DNA of 64,000 nt, taken from Thermoanaerobaculia bacterium. Its GTDB lineage: Bacteria > Acidobacteriota > Thermoanaerobaculia > Gp7-AA8. Position numbers and translations under genes: made by a program. The notes beneath the pieces were generated by a model, which saw nothing but the letters and a program-made list of their open reading frames with translations, searched no databases and was not told where the DNA came from. The stretch spans positions 67,285 to 131,284 of the forward strand of contig DASWOB010000096.1 of NCBI GenBank assembly GCA_036398925.1, written 5' to 3'. Shown here one piece after another: positions 8,315 to 17,200 of this stretch; the stretch's first letter is position 1; each line of letters begins with the position of its first letter.

Positions 8315-9355
8315 TCAGAAAACGGCGCGTTTCACGTCGTCGACGTCCACCGTGATCCGCTCGCCGGCGCGCTCCGGGCCGAGGAAGAGGATCGGGTGCA
8401 GCACCTTCTCGACGATGGCCCGCAGGGCCCGCGCGCCGAGTCGCTGCCGCAGCGCCGCCTCCGCCATTGCATACAGCGCGGCGGGGGTGAAATCGAGCTG
8501 GATCTGATCGAGCGCGCAGAGCCGCTGGTACTCCGGGATCATCGCCTCGCGCGGCTGGGTGAGGATCGACACCAGGTCGCCGGCCGTGAGCGGATCGAGC
8601 TCCACGCGCACCGGCAACCGCCCGAGCAGCTCCGGCAGGAAGCCATACTTGACGAGCGCGTCGGTCGAGGTCTCGCGGCTGGCCGGCGCGCCCTGCTCGA
8701 CGAAGCCGACCGAGCGGCCGTCCTCGCGCTCCATGTCGCTGAACGCGCCGGCGCAGATGAAGAGGATGTTCGAGATGTCGATCTCGGCGAACTCGAACTT
8801 CTGCCAGTGCGCGGTGACGTTGGTCGGGACGAAGAGCTTCTCCCCCTCCAGGATCTTCAGCAGCGACTGCTGGACCCCCTCGCCGCCGATGTCGCGCGAG
8901 GCCGAGCCGCCGCCGCGGGAGCCGTTCGCGCGCCGGGCGATCTTGTCGATCTCGTCGATGAAGACGATCCCGTTCTCCGCTTCCTTGACGTCCTGCTTGG
9001 TCTGGTAGATGAGCTTCCCGAGCGCCGTCTCGACGTCCTCGCCGTAATAGCCGGCCTCGGTGAACGAGGTGGCGTCGTTGTACGCGAACGGGACGTCGAG
9101 GATGCGTGCCAGGGTGCGGGCCAGGTAAGTCTTGCCGCTGCCCGACGGGCCGATCATCAGGATGTTCGATTTGCGGATCGACACCTCACCCGAGCCGCCG
9201 AACTTGAGGTATTCGATCCGTTTGAGGTGGTTGTAGGCCGCGATGGCCAGCACTTCCTTCGCGTGCCGCTGGCCGACGACGTACTGATCGAGTTGCTCGA
9301 AGATGCGACGCGGTGTGACGTGGAGGAAGCGGTAGGTCGCGCGCTTTTCCTTCAT
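8315..9355 (-). CDS. ClpX-family AAA+ unfoldase paralog lacking N-terminal zinc-binding domain
   Basis: 346 aa; Walker A GPSGSGKT, pore loop GYYGEDV, IGF-like loop VGF, sensor/arginine finger region; no clpP nearby. Confidence 0.8.
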   Translation of the reverse strand: MKEKRATYRFLHVTPRRIFEQLDQYVVGQRHAKEVLAIAAYNHLKRIEYLKFGGSGEVSIRKSNILMIGPSGSGKTYLARTLARILDVPFAYNDATSFTEAGYYGEDVETALGKLIYQTKQDVKEAENGIVFIDEIDKIARRANGSRGGGSASRDIGGEGVQQSLLKILEGEKLFVPTNVTAHWQKFEFAEIDISNILFICAGAFSDMEREDGRSVGFVEQGAPASRETSTDALVKYGFLPELLGRLPVRVELDPLTAGDLVSILTQPREAMIPEYQRLCALDQIQLDFTPAALYAMAEAALRQRLGARALRAIVEKVLHPILFLGPERAGERITVDVDDVKRAVF

Positions 9356-9396
9356 CCGAGGGCCGTGGAACGAGTATAGCTCTACAATCCGGCGCC

Positions 9397-10593
9397 ATGT
9401 CGCTCCGGGTTGCCCTGGTCCTCTTCCTGTTCGCCTCGGTCGCCTGCGGTCAGGCGGACGTCACCGAGCTGCCTTCGCCTGCCGGACGCGACGCGATGGC
9501 GCCCTTTCTGTCGACCGCCAGAGACGGCCGCGTGCTGATGTCGTGGCTCGAGCCGGTGGCCGGAAAGCGCTACTCCCTGAAGTTCGCCTCGTACGCAAAA
9601 GGGTCGTGGACCGAGGCGCGGACCATCGTCACGCGCGACGACTTCTTCGTGAACTGGGCCGATTTCCCGTCGATCGTGGCCGACGCGCGCGGGACGCTCT
9701 TCGCCCACTGGCTGCAGAAGAACGGCGACGGCACCTACTCCTACGACGTGCACGTGACCTCGTCACCCGACGGCGGGAAGAGCTGGCGTCCGTCGCGCGT
9801 GCTGCACACCGACGGCAAGCAGGCCGAGCACGGCTTCGTCTCCATGGTCCCGCGCGAGCGCGGCGTCGCGATCGTCTGGCTCGACGGACGTGAGATGACG
9901 ATGGACGACGCGCACGGTCACGGCGGCGGCGCGATGACCGTCCGCTACGCGAACCTCGACCCGACCCTCGTGACCTCCGGCGAGACGCTTCTCGACCCGC
10001 GGGCCTGCGAATGCTGCACGACCGCCATGACCATGACCTCCAGCGGCCCGGTGGTCGCGTATCGCGATCGCTCCGAGGAGGAGATCCGCGACATCAGCGT
10101 CACCCGTCTGCTGCCGGGCGGCCGCTGGAGCCAGCCCGCGCCCGTTCACAAAGACAACTGGAAGATCAACGGCTGCCCGGTCAACGGCCCGCAGATGGAC
10201 GCGCGCGGCGGCAACGTGGTCGTGGCGTGGTTCACCTCCGGCGGCGGCCAGCCGAAAGTGAACGTCGCCTTCTCGAAGAACGCCGGCGCGTCGTTCGCCG
10301 CACCGATCCGCGTCGATGCCGGCAAGCCGGCCGGCCGCGCCGACGTGCAGCTCCTCCGCGACGGCAGCGCCCTCGTGACCTGGATCGAGACCCAGAGCGA
10401 AGGGGCCAGCATCATGACCCGCCGCGTCTCCCCCGACGGCAGGATGCGCGACCCCAAACCCCTCGGATCGACCACCGCCGCCCGCGCTGCCGGCTTCCCG
10501 CGCACGACGATGGTGGGCGATCGCGAGGTGTGGTTCTCGTGGACCGAGCCCGGCACCCCTCGCAAAGTGCGCGTGGCGAAGCTGAAGGTGTAG
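9397..10593 (+). CDS. Secreted BNR/Asp-box repeat protein (sialidase/glycosyl hydrolase-like beta-propeller)
   Basis: Signal peptide with lipobox-like VACG; repeated S-x-D-G-G-x-x-W motifs (SSPDGGKSW, SPDG). Confidence 0.65.
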   Translation: MSLRVALVLFLFASVACGQADVTELPSPAGRDAMAPFLSTARDGRVLMSWLEPVAGKRYSLKFASYAKGSWTEARTIVTRDDFFVNWADFPSIVADARGTLFAHWLQKNGDGTYSYDVHVTSSPDGGKSWRPSRVLHTDGKQAEHGFVSMVPRERGVAIVWLDGREMTMDDAHGHGGGAMTVRYANLDPTLVTSGETLLDPRACECCTTAMTMTSSGPVVAYRDRSEEEIRDISVTRLLPGGRWSQPAPVHKDNWKINGCPVNGPQMDARGGNVVVAWFTSGGGQPKVNVAFSKNAGASFAAPIRVDAGKPAGRADVQLLRDGSALVTWIETQSEGASIMTRRVSPDGRMRDPKPLGSTTAARAAGFPRTTMVGDREVWFSWTEPGTPRKVRVAKLKV

Positions 10594-10598
10594 AGGGG

Positions 10599-10677
10599 GA
10601 GCGATGAGCGATGAACGATGAGCGATGAACCGAGACGTCGCGCGGACGTTCATCGCTCATCTCTCATCGCTCATCGG
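10599..10677. repeat. Hairpin element, CGATGAR family (copy 1)
   Basis: gagcgatgagcgatgaacgatgagcgatgaacc - loop gagacgtcgcgcggacg - ttcatcgctcatctctcatcgctcatcgg. Confidence 0.85.
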
Positions 10678-10687
10678 TGTCGCTGAG

Positions 10688-11020
10688 TTACTGCACCACG
10701 ATCTTCCCCCGCATCATGTCCATCCCGCAGTTGAAGACCAGATCGCTCTTCGGCGTGATGTCGATGTTCGTGGTCTTGCCGAGCTCGATCTTCTTCGAGA
10801 TCTTCAGCGCCGGGATGCTGACGGTGTCGCCGCAGGTCGGCTTTTCGTCACGAGTGAAGGCGAGGCGGACCTTTTCGCCTTTCTTCACCTTGACCACGTC
10901 GGGCGAGTAGAAGCCGCCGCTGACCTTGATGTTGACCGTCTTCACCTTCTTTTCTTTCGCGGCGGAGAGCGGGGTGACGAAGAGGGCGAGCGATACGAGT
11001 GCAACCATGATGCGTTTCAT
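10688..11020 (-). CDS. Small secreted cupredoxin-like protein (putative)
   Basis: Start at MKRIMVALVSLALF signal peptide; beta-rich 110 aa with Cys...Cys/Met pattern; fold assignment tentative. Confidence 0.5.
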   Translation of the reverse strand: MKRIMVALVSLALFVTPLSAAKEKKVKTVNIKVSGGFYSPDVVKVKKGEKVRLAFTRDEKPTCGDTVSIPALKISKKIELGKTTNIDITPKSDLVFNCGMDMMRGKIVVQ

Positions 11021-11093
11021 CGCGGATGGTAACGCCGCCCCCCGCGCATGTATGCCGATCGCGCCACGGAGCCGTGTGCGCGTTGTCACGGCC

Positions 11094-11178
11094 GCAGCTG
11101 CTCAGCTTTTCAGCTGCTCAGGCGCCGCACACCGCTCCCGCCGCCTGAACAGCTGAGTAGCTGAACAGCTGAATGGCT
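11094..11178. repeat. Hairpin element, CAGCTGAGTAGCTG family (copy 2)
   Basis: gcagctgctcagcttttcagctgctcagg - loop - ctgaacagctgagtagctgaacagctgaatggc. Confidence 0.8.
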
Positions 11179-11448
11179 ACTCCCTTTGCTGAACCCCCGG
11201 GCAAGGCAAAAAGTTTTGACATCCGCCAAAACGCCAAATCGCGCTAACTGGCACTCCACCAACAACTTACCGCCCGCCACCCCGTGGCCGCCCGCTTGCG
11301 ATTCACACCCCCCGAAAGGAGGTGGTGCTGAAGAGAGCGAAGTGGTGAAACGAAAGGTCCGAGAGACCAAAAAGACATTCGGTGGAACAGCCAAACAGTA
11401 CCGAAGCCTGACCCGGTCAACCCACTAACCAAAAAGGAGAAAAGACCC

Positions 11449-11832
11449 ATGCGGAAGTCCCTGCAACTCTTCACGCTCGTCCTCGTCCTTCTCGCCTTCA
11501 CCTCGCCTGCCTTCGCCGCCGACGCTGCCGATTCCGGCGCGCCGGCCAAAAGCAGCGGCGTCGTCAACATCAACACCGCCGACGCGGCGCAGCTCGCGCT
11601 GCTGCCGCGGGTCGGCGCAAAAGCCGCCCAGCGGATCATCGACTACCGCACCCAGCACGGCCCGTTCAAGAAGACCGCCGACCTGATGCAGGTCAAAGGC
11701 TTCGGCGAGAAGAGCTACGACCGGATCGCCCCCTACATCGCCGTCGACGGCAAGACCACGCTGACCGCCAAGGTCAAGCTCCCCGGCAAGCCGCGCGCGA
11801 AGAAACAGCAGCCCGCCAGCACGGCGTCGTAA
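11449..11832 (+). CDS. comEA: ComEA-like helix-hairpin-helix DNA-binding protein with signal peptide
   Basis: VNINTADAAQLALLPRVGAKAAQRIIDYR HhH motif; 127 aa. Confidence 0.8.
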   Translation: MRKSLQLFTLVLVLLAFTSPAFAADAADSGAPAKSSGVVNINTADAAQLALLPRVGAKAAQRIIDYRTQHGPFKKTADLMQVKGFGEKSYDRIAPYIAVDGKTTLTAKVKLPGKPRAKKQQPASTAS

Positions 11833-11943
11833 GACGCTCCCGCCCCCCATCCCACCCCACATCCTCAACGGGGCTGCCGCGCACCTCTCCCCCTCGCGCG
11901 GCGGCCCCACCTTCACCCACCCGCAGAAAACAGGAGGTCCCCC

Positions 11944-12534
11944 GTGCGCCCAGCGTCACGCGGCTATTCGCTCGCCGAGCTCCTCACCATCGTCGCCATC
12001 ATCGGCCTGACCGTTCTGGTGGCCGTCCCCGCCTTCGGTTCCCTGCGCCGCCGGTCGGCCGTCCGCGCCGCCTCGTACGAGCTGCGCGCCGTTTTTCACG
12101 AAGCACGTTCCCGCGCCATCGCCCGCGGCGCCAACGTCGGCGTCCGCTTCATCGACGTCGAGGGCACCTGGATGCTGGCCATCTTCGACGACGGCGACGG
12201 CGACGGCGTGAAGAGCGAAGACATCAAGCGCGGCACCGACCCCGTCTGGAGTCTCCCGCGCACCCTCCTGCCGCCGCAGAGCCTGGCCCGCATCGGCATG
12301 CTCGCCGAGACCATCAAAGACCCCGACGGCGACAAGATGCCGCCGACGAAATCGCCCGTGCAGTTCGGCAGGACGCAGATCTGCTCGTTCTCCCCGATGG
12401 GCGAATCGACCCCCGGCACGATCTACCTCACCGACCGCGCCGGCGTGCTGTACGCCGTGCGTGTCTACGGCGCCACTGCCAGGATGCGCGTCCTCCGCTA
12501 CGACGCCGGCGCCCGGAAGTGGAGGGAGCAGTGA
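11944..12534 (+). CDS. Type IV pilin-like/pseudopilin (prepilin N-terminal methylation motif; GspH/FimT-like)
   Basis: N-terminal RGYSLAELLTIVAIIGL class III signal. Confidence 0.75.
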   Translation: MRPASRGYSLAELLTIVAIIGLTVLVAVPAFGSLRRRSAVRAASYELRAVFHEARSRAIARGANVGVRFIDVEGTWMLAIFDDGDGDGVKSEDIKRGTDPVWSLPRTLLPPQSLARIGMLAETIKDPDGDKMPPTKSPVQFGRTQICSFSPMGESTPGTIYLTDRAGVLYAVRVYGATARMRVLRYDAGARKWREQ

Positions 12535-12536
12535 TC

Positions 12537-12576
12537 GGTTCCTCGGAGTTCCTCGCGGTTCCTCGGAGTTCCTCGG
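12537..12576. repeat. Direct tandem GTTCCTCGG(A/C)G units (x4), GTTCCTCGG family (copy 1, no inverted arm)
   Basis: ggttcctcggagttcctcgcggttcctcggagttcctcgg immediately after pseudopilin stop. Confidence 0.75.
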
Positions 12577-12581
12577 CGTTT

Positions 12582-14228
12582 TCAGCGCCCGCGCCGCACG
12601 ACCACCCGCTCCGCCTCGTAGGTCTGGATCGCGGAGACCGCCCGGCGCCGCAGCAGCTCGTCGGAGAACGCATCGGTCAGGATGCGCCCGTCCATGTCGC
12701 GGCCGATCGGCAGTCCGGCCGCGAACAGCACCGTCGGCACGACGTCGGCCACGTAGGCGGCGGTCGGGTTCGGACGGTGCGTCACCCCCGGCCCCGCCAC
12801 CAGCATGAAGCCGTCGTCCGCCCCCGGATCGTCGCGCGTCAGCACCTGCATGGCCCGCGCGTAGGCGGTGGTCGGCAGCCGCGGCGGCGCAACGGCGGAG
12901 GGGGAGCAGATCACCAGCACATGCTCCGGATGCTGCCGCGCCAGCTCCGCCAGCATGCGGTCGAGCTGCTGCGCATAGGCGCGCATCGCCTCGCCGTTGC
13001 GCTCCTCCTTCGGCGGCAGCTCGTTCGAGAAGATGTGCAGCGCGCGCTGCGCCTCCGAGAAGCCTTCGATCCAGACCACCCGCAGGTCGAACGTCTCTCG
13101 CGAAGCGATCAGCCCCACCGCCGCCCGGTCGCGCGCCAGCGCCGCCAGGACGCGGCCGCGCGCCGCACCGGTGCGCTGAAAGCGCTGCGCGACGTCACCG
13201 ACCGTGGCGATGTTCACCGGCCGGCTGCGCAACTGATCGTCCGTGATCACCCGCGTCGCGCCGGTGGTGCGCGACGACGGCCAGCCGACCACCGACGCGC
13301 GCAGCTGCAGCCGCGCGAAGATCTCCCACAGCGGCAACGCATCGCCGGCGGGGAGTGGCGCCGAGATCCGCTCCACCGGCGGGATCAGCCCCCATGCCCG
13401 GAAGCCGACCCCGCTCGGCAGCAGCAGGAACGGCTCCTCGGCATTGAGCGGCGTGCGATACGAAAAGCGCCCCGTCACCCCGTGGCGGTACGGCAGCTTG
13501 CCGGTGGCCAGCGACGCCCACAACGACTTCGGGCTGGTGGTGGGGAACGGCTCGAGCCGCGTGAACCACGAGCGCCGCGTCTCCCCCTCCAGCCACGGCA
13601 GGAGGCCCTCGCCGGCCATGGTCACGATCCAGTCGTACGGCAGGTTGCGGATCGCCACCACCAGCACCGGCCGCTGCCCCGCCACCGCCCCGATGTTCGC
13701 CACCACCACGTTGCGCCGCTCGGTGCGGTAGCTCTCGCGCCGCTGGTAGAGAAAGAACGACGAGACCGCGATCAGCACCACCCCGACGAAAAAGATCGCC
13801 CGCGAGAGGCGGCGGTGCGCGTTGCGCTCGATCACCCACAGCGCCAGCAGCACGAAAGCCGTCACCGCGATGACGTTGGTCGCCTTCGACAGGACCCGCA
13901 CCGCGCCGATCGGCAGGTAGATCCGCACCACCTGCAGGTGGATCCAGTAGATGGCCGAGGCGGTGAAGGCGGCGAAGACCACGAAGCCGAAGCCGTGCGT
14001 GCGGTAAAGGTCCGGCCGTCCGAACAGCCGCACCCGCAGCGCGCGCAGTCCCCACAGCGCCGAGCCGAAGAGGAAGCCGCAGATCAGGCCGTAGATGATC
14101 GTGACGATGGCCAGCCGCCCCGGCGTGATCTCCACCTGCGGATTCAGAAAGTACAGCAGGTGCGTCATGTAGAGGCCGAAGATGGCCCCGGCCAGCACAC
14201 GTTTGAGGTAAGCCCAGCGGATCGGCAT
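12582..14228 (-). CDS. Membrane-anchored alkaline-phosphatase-superfamily protein (sulfatase/phosphotransferase-like)
   Basis: 548 aa; ~5 N-terminal TM helices then AP-core-like domain; subfamily not resolvable by eye. Confidence 0.6.
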   Translation of the reverse strand: MPIRWAYLKRVLAGAIFGLYMTHLLYFLNPQVEITPGRLAIVTIIYGLICGFLFGSALWGLRALRVRLFGRPDLYRTHGFGFVVFAAFTASAIYWIHLQVVRIYLPIGAVRVLSKATNVIAVTAFVLLALWVIERNAHRRLSRAIFFVGVVLIAVSSFFLYQRRESYRTERRNVVVANIGAVAGQRPVLVVAIRNLPYDWIVTMAGEGLLPWLEGETRRSWFTRLEPFPTTSPKSLWASLATGKLPYRHGVTGRFSYRTPLNAEEPFLLLPSGVGFRAWGLIPPVERISAPLPAGDALPLWEIFARLQLRASVVGWPSSRTTGATRVITDDQLRSRPVNIATVGDVAQRFQRTGAARGRVLAALARDRAAVGLIASRETFDLRVVWIEGFSEAQRALHIFSNELPPKEERNGEAMRAYAQQLDRMLAELARQHPEHVLVICSPSAVAPPRLPTTAYARAMQVLTRDDPGADDGFMLVAGPGVTHRPNPTAAYVADVVPTVLFAAGLPIGRDMDGRILTDAFSDELLRRRAVSAIQTYEAERVVVRRGR

Positions 14229-14245
14229 CAGGCGGGGGGTAGTTT

Positions 14246-17200
14246 ATGCTGAGCCCCTCCGATCTCCACGGCGCGGACGCTCTCTCCCTCCTCCGCCTCC
14301 TCGGCTATCCGGTCGCCCCGGTCGACGTCGACGCCGAAGAATGGCGCCGCGGCGGCGTTCAGATTCCCTTCGCCGAGGGGACGCATGGCGACACCCGCTT
14401 CCAGCTGGCCGTACGCCTGCGCGCGTTCGACCTCTTCGTTCTCACTGGGAACGTACACGAAAAAGATATCTCTCAATTCTTACGGGATTACAATCAATAC
14501 AATCAAGCCACAAAATCGGTACTGATTCATCAGTCACCATCAATCAACAATAATCAGGTCGGTAATCAATCACACGAACCGTCACACAAACCGCTCGCGC
14601 TTTATGATCTCGCCGGCCGCACGCTGCGCCGTCTCGACGTCGATCTCGCTCGTCCCACGCCGCACTCCCTCGGCCGTCTCAATCTCCTCACCGCCGGCCC
14701 CGAGAGCGAGCTCCCCCGCATCTTCGACCGCGCCCTCGATCGCGAGAGCGTCGGCCGCCAGTTCTTCCTCCGCTTCCGCCAGGCGGTCTACGACGTCGCC
14801 GCCTCGCTGCGCGCCGCCTTCCCCGACGAGCCGAAGGAAGCCGTCGACGGCGAAGCGCTGCTGATCCTCTCCCGCCTCCTCTTCCTCTCCTTCGTCCAGG
14901 AGAAAGGATGGCTGAACGGCGAGCGCCGCTTCCTCGCCGACCGCCTCGCGCACGAGGTCCGCCGCGGCCGGGAGTGGTTCTCCGGCGTCCTCCTGCCGCT
15001 CTTCTTCGGCTGCCTCAACACGCCGCTGCACGAGCGCACCCTCGCCGCCCGCAGGCTCGGCCGCATCCCGTACCTCAACGGCGGCCTCTTCGAGCCGTCC
15101 CCCTTCGAGCGCCGTCATCGCGAGCTCCACCTGCCGAACGAGCTGATGCAGCGGGTGGTCGAAGAGCTCTTCGAAAAGTTCGATTTCTGCATCGACGAGA
15201 CCGGCGACGCGGAGAGTGCCGCCGCCGGCACCCGCGTCGACCCGGAGATGCTCGGCAAGGTCTTCGAGTCGCTGATGGCCGGCGGCGAGCGCGCCGCCAG
15301 CGGCAGCTTCTACACCCCCCGCGAGATCGTCGACACCCTCACCGAAAAAGCAATCGTGCACTGGCTGGGGGAGGGGGAGCCGGAGCAGCTCGCCGCCCGC
15401 CTCGAGACCATCACCCTCCTCGACCCCGCCTGCGGCTCCGGCGCCTTCCTCCTCTCCGCCCTCGGCGTCATCGAGCGCCTGCACCGCCGGCTCACCGGCC
15501 AGGCCCCGCCCGGCCTACGCCGGCGGATCATCGAGCGCTCCCTCTACGGCGTCGACCTCGAGCCGCGGGCGGTGCGCCTCTGCGAGCTGCGGCTCTGGCT
15601 GGCCATCGTCGCCAGCACCCCTCCCGCCATCGACGTAGCCATCGAAGAGGTGCCGCCCCTGCCCAACCTCGACCGCAACATCATGCAGGGCAACTCCCTC
15701 CTCGCCCCCACCGACTTTCTCGGCGACGGCCGCGCCGACGTCTACCGCGACTGGCTCTACGCCCTCCGCACCCAGCAGGACCTCCTCGAGCGCTACCGCA
15801 CCGCCTCCCACGCCCAGCGCCCCCTCATCGCCCGCATCCTCCGCGGCAACGACCAGCGCCTCGCCTCCGAGCTCCTGGCCAAATCCATCGACGCCGCCGA
15901 ACAGGAGCTCGCCCGGCGCACCACTCCGCGGCACGACCTCTTCGGCCGCGTCGTCCCCGCGGATGCCGAAGCGTGCCGCGCCCTCCAGGAGCGCATCGCC
16001 GGGCTGCAGCGCAAGCTCGACCGCGTCGAAGACGGCTCGCTCGACTTCTTCTCCTTCGACGTCCACTTTGCGCCCGTGATGGCCGCGGGTGGTTTCGACA
16101 TCGTGGCCGGCAACCCGCCGTGGGTGCGCAATAGCCGCATCGACGCGAGCACCAAGGCGATGCTGGCCGACCGCTACACCCTCTTCCGCCCCAGCGCCTC
16201 CGGCGCCGCCTTCCACCAGCCCGACCTCTCCGTCACCTTCTTCGAGCGCGCCCTGCAGCTGGCCGCCCCCGGCGGCGTGGTGGCCCTGCTCATGCCCTCC
16301 AAGATCCTCGGCAGCGCCTACGCCGCCCCGCTGCGCCGCCTCGCCGCCGAGCGCACCACCATCCTCTCCATCGACGACTGGAGCGACGACCCCCGCCGCC
16401 GCGCCTGGTTCGACGCCGACACCTTCCCCCTCGGCATCCTCTGCGCGAACGGCCGCGAACGCGGTTCGGTCGCCGTGAGCGCCGGCGGCCCGGTGGCGGT
16501 GAGCGCCGGGGGACAGGCCTTCACTTTGCCGCAAGCGTCGCTGCGCGAGTCCGGCGAATGGTCGCTCCTCCCCGCCGATGTCGCCCGGATCCTCTCCCGC
16601 CTCCGCCGCCAGCACCCACCGCTCGCCGAGGTGCTCGGCCGCAAGCCCTTCATGGGCGTCAAGACCGGCGACAACCGCAACTTCTTTCTGGACGTCGAAG
16701 AGCTCCGCGGCGACACCGTTCGTCTCCGTGACGGCCTCGAGCTCCCCCTCACCGCCGTCTGCCGCTGCGTCCGAGGGCGCGACGTCCGGCGCTGGAGCAG
16801 CGGCGGCTCGCACTGGATGCTCTGGCCGCCGCGTGGACGAGGTGGAAAAGAGGCGGCCGGATGGCCGTCGCCCCCCCACTGGCTGCGCCAGTTCGCCACG
16901 ATGCGACGGATCGACCCCCGCGCCGTCCGCCTCTCCTTCGTCCGCCCCGAGCACGTCGGCATCAAGGTCGCGTGGAAAGACCTCTCCCGAGGGATGGCCG
17001 CCACGGTCCTCCCCGACCAGGTCACCATCGGCGCGCACAGCGTCCCCCTCGTCCCCAACCAGACCCTCTACGCCCTCGACGCCGTCTCGATGGAGGAGGC
17101 CTACGTCCTGACCGCGCTACTCAACTCCGCCGTGGTCGACGCCCTCCTCCTCGCCGTCGGCGACCGCGCCAAAGACGCCCACTTTCGCTACTTCGGCCGC

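Noticed and set aside
11249-11264. Possible sigma-54 promoter (TGGCAC-N5-CAAC)
   Set aside because: The -12 element does not match TTGC.
12582-14228. Upstream alkaline-phosphatase-superfamily gene as a BREX PglZ candidate
   Set aside because: It is membrane-anchored with about five TM helices, on the opposite strand, and only 548 aa. That is more consistent with a sulfatase/LtaS-like enzyme than with cytoplasmic PglZ.
12519-14252. 577-aa plus-strand ORF (and 13195-14055 minus ORF)
   Set aside because: Both are antisense or alternative frames of the membrane AP-superfamily gene. They are Arg/Pro/His-rich with no motifs, typical high-GC artefacts.
14582-17038. Minus-strand ORFs 14582-15484 and 15515-17038 (300 and 507 aa)
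   Set aside because: They are antisense to the MTase gene, low-complexity Gly/Ala/Glu-rich, and have no motifs.
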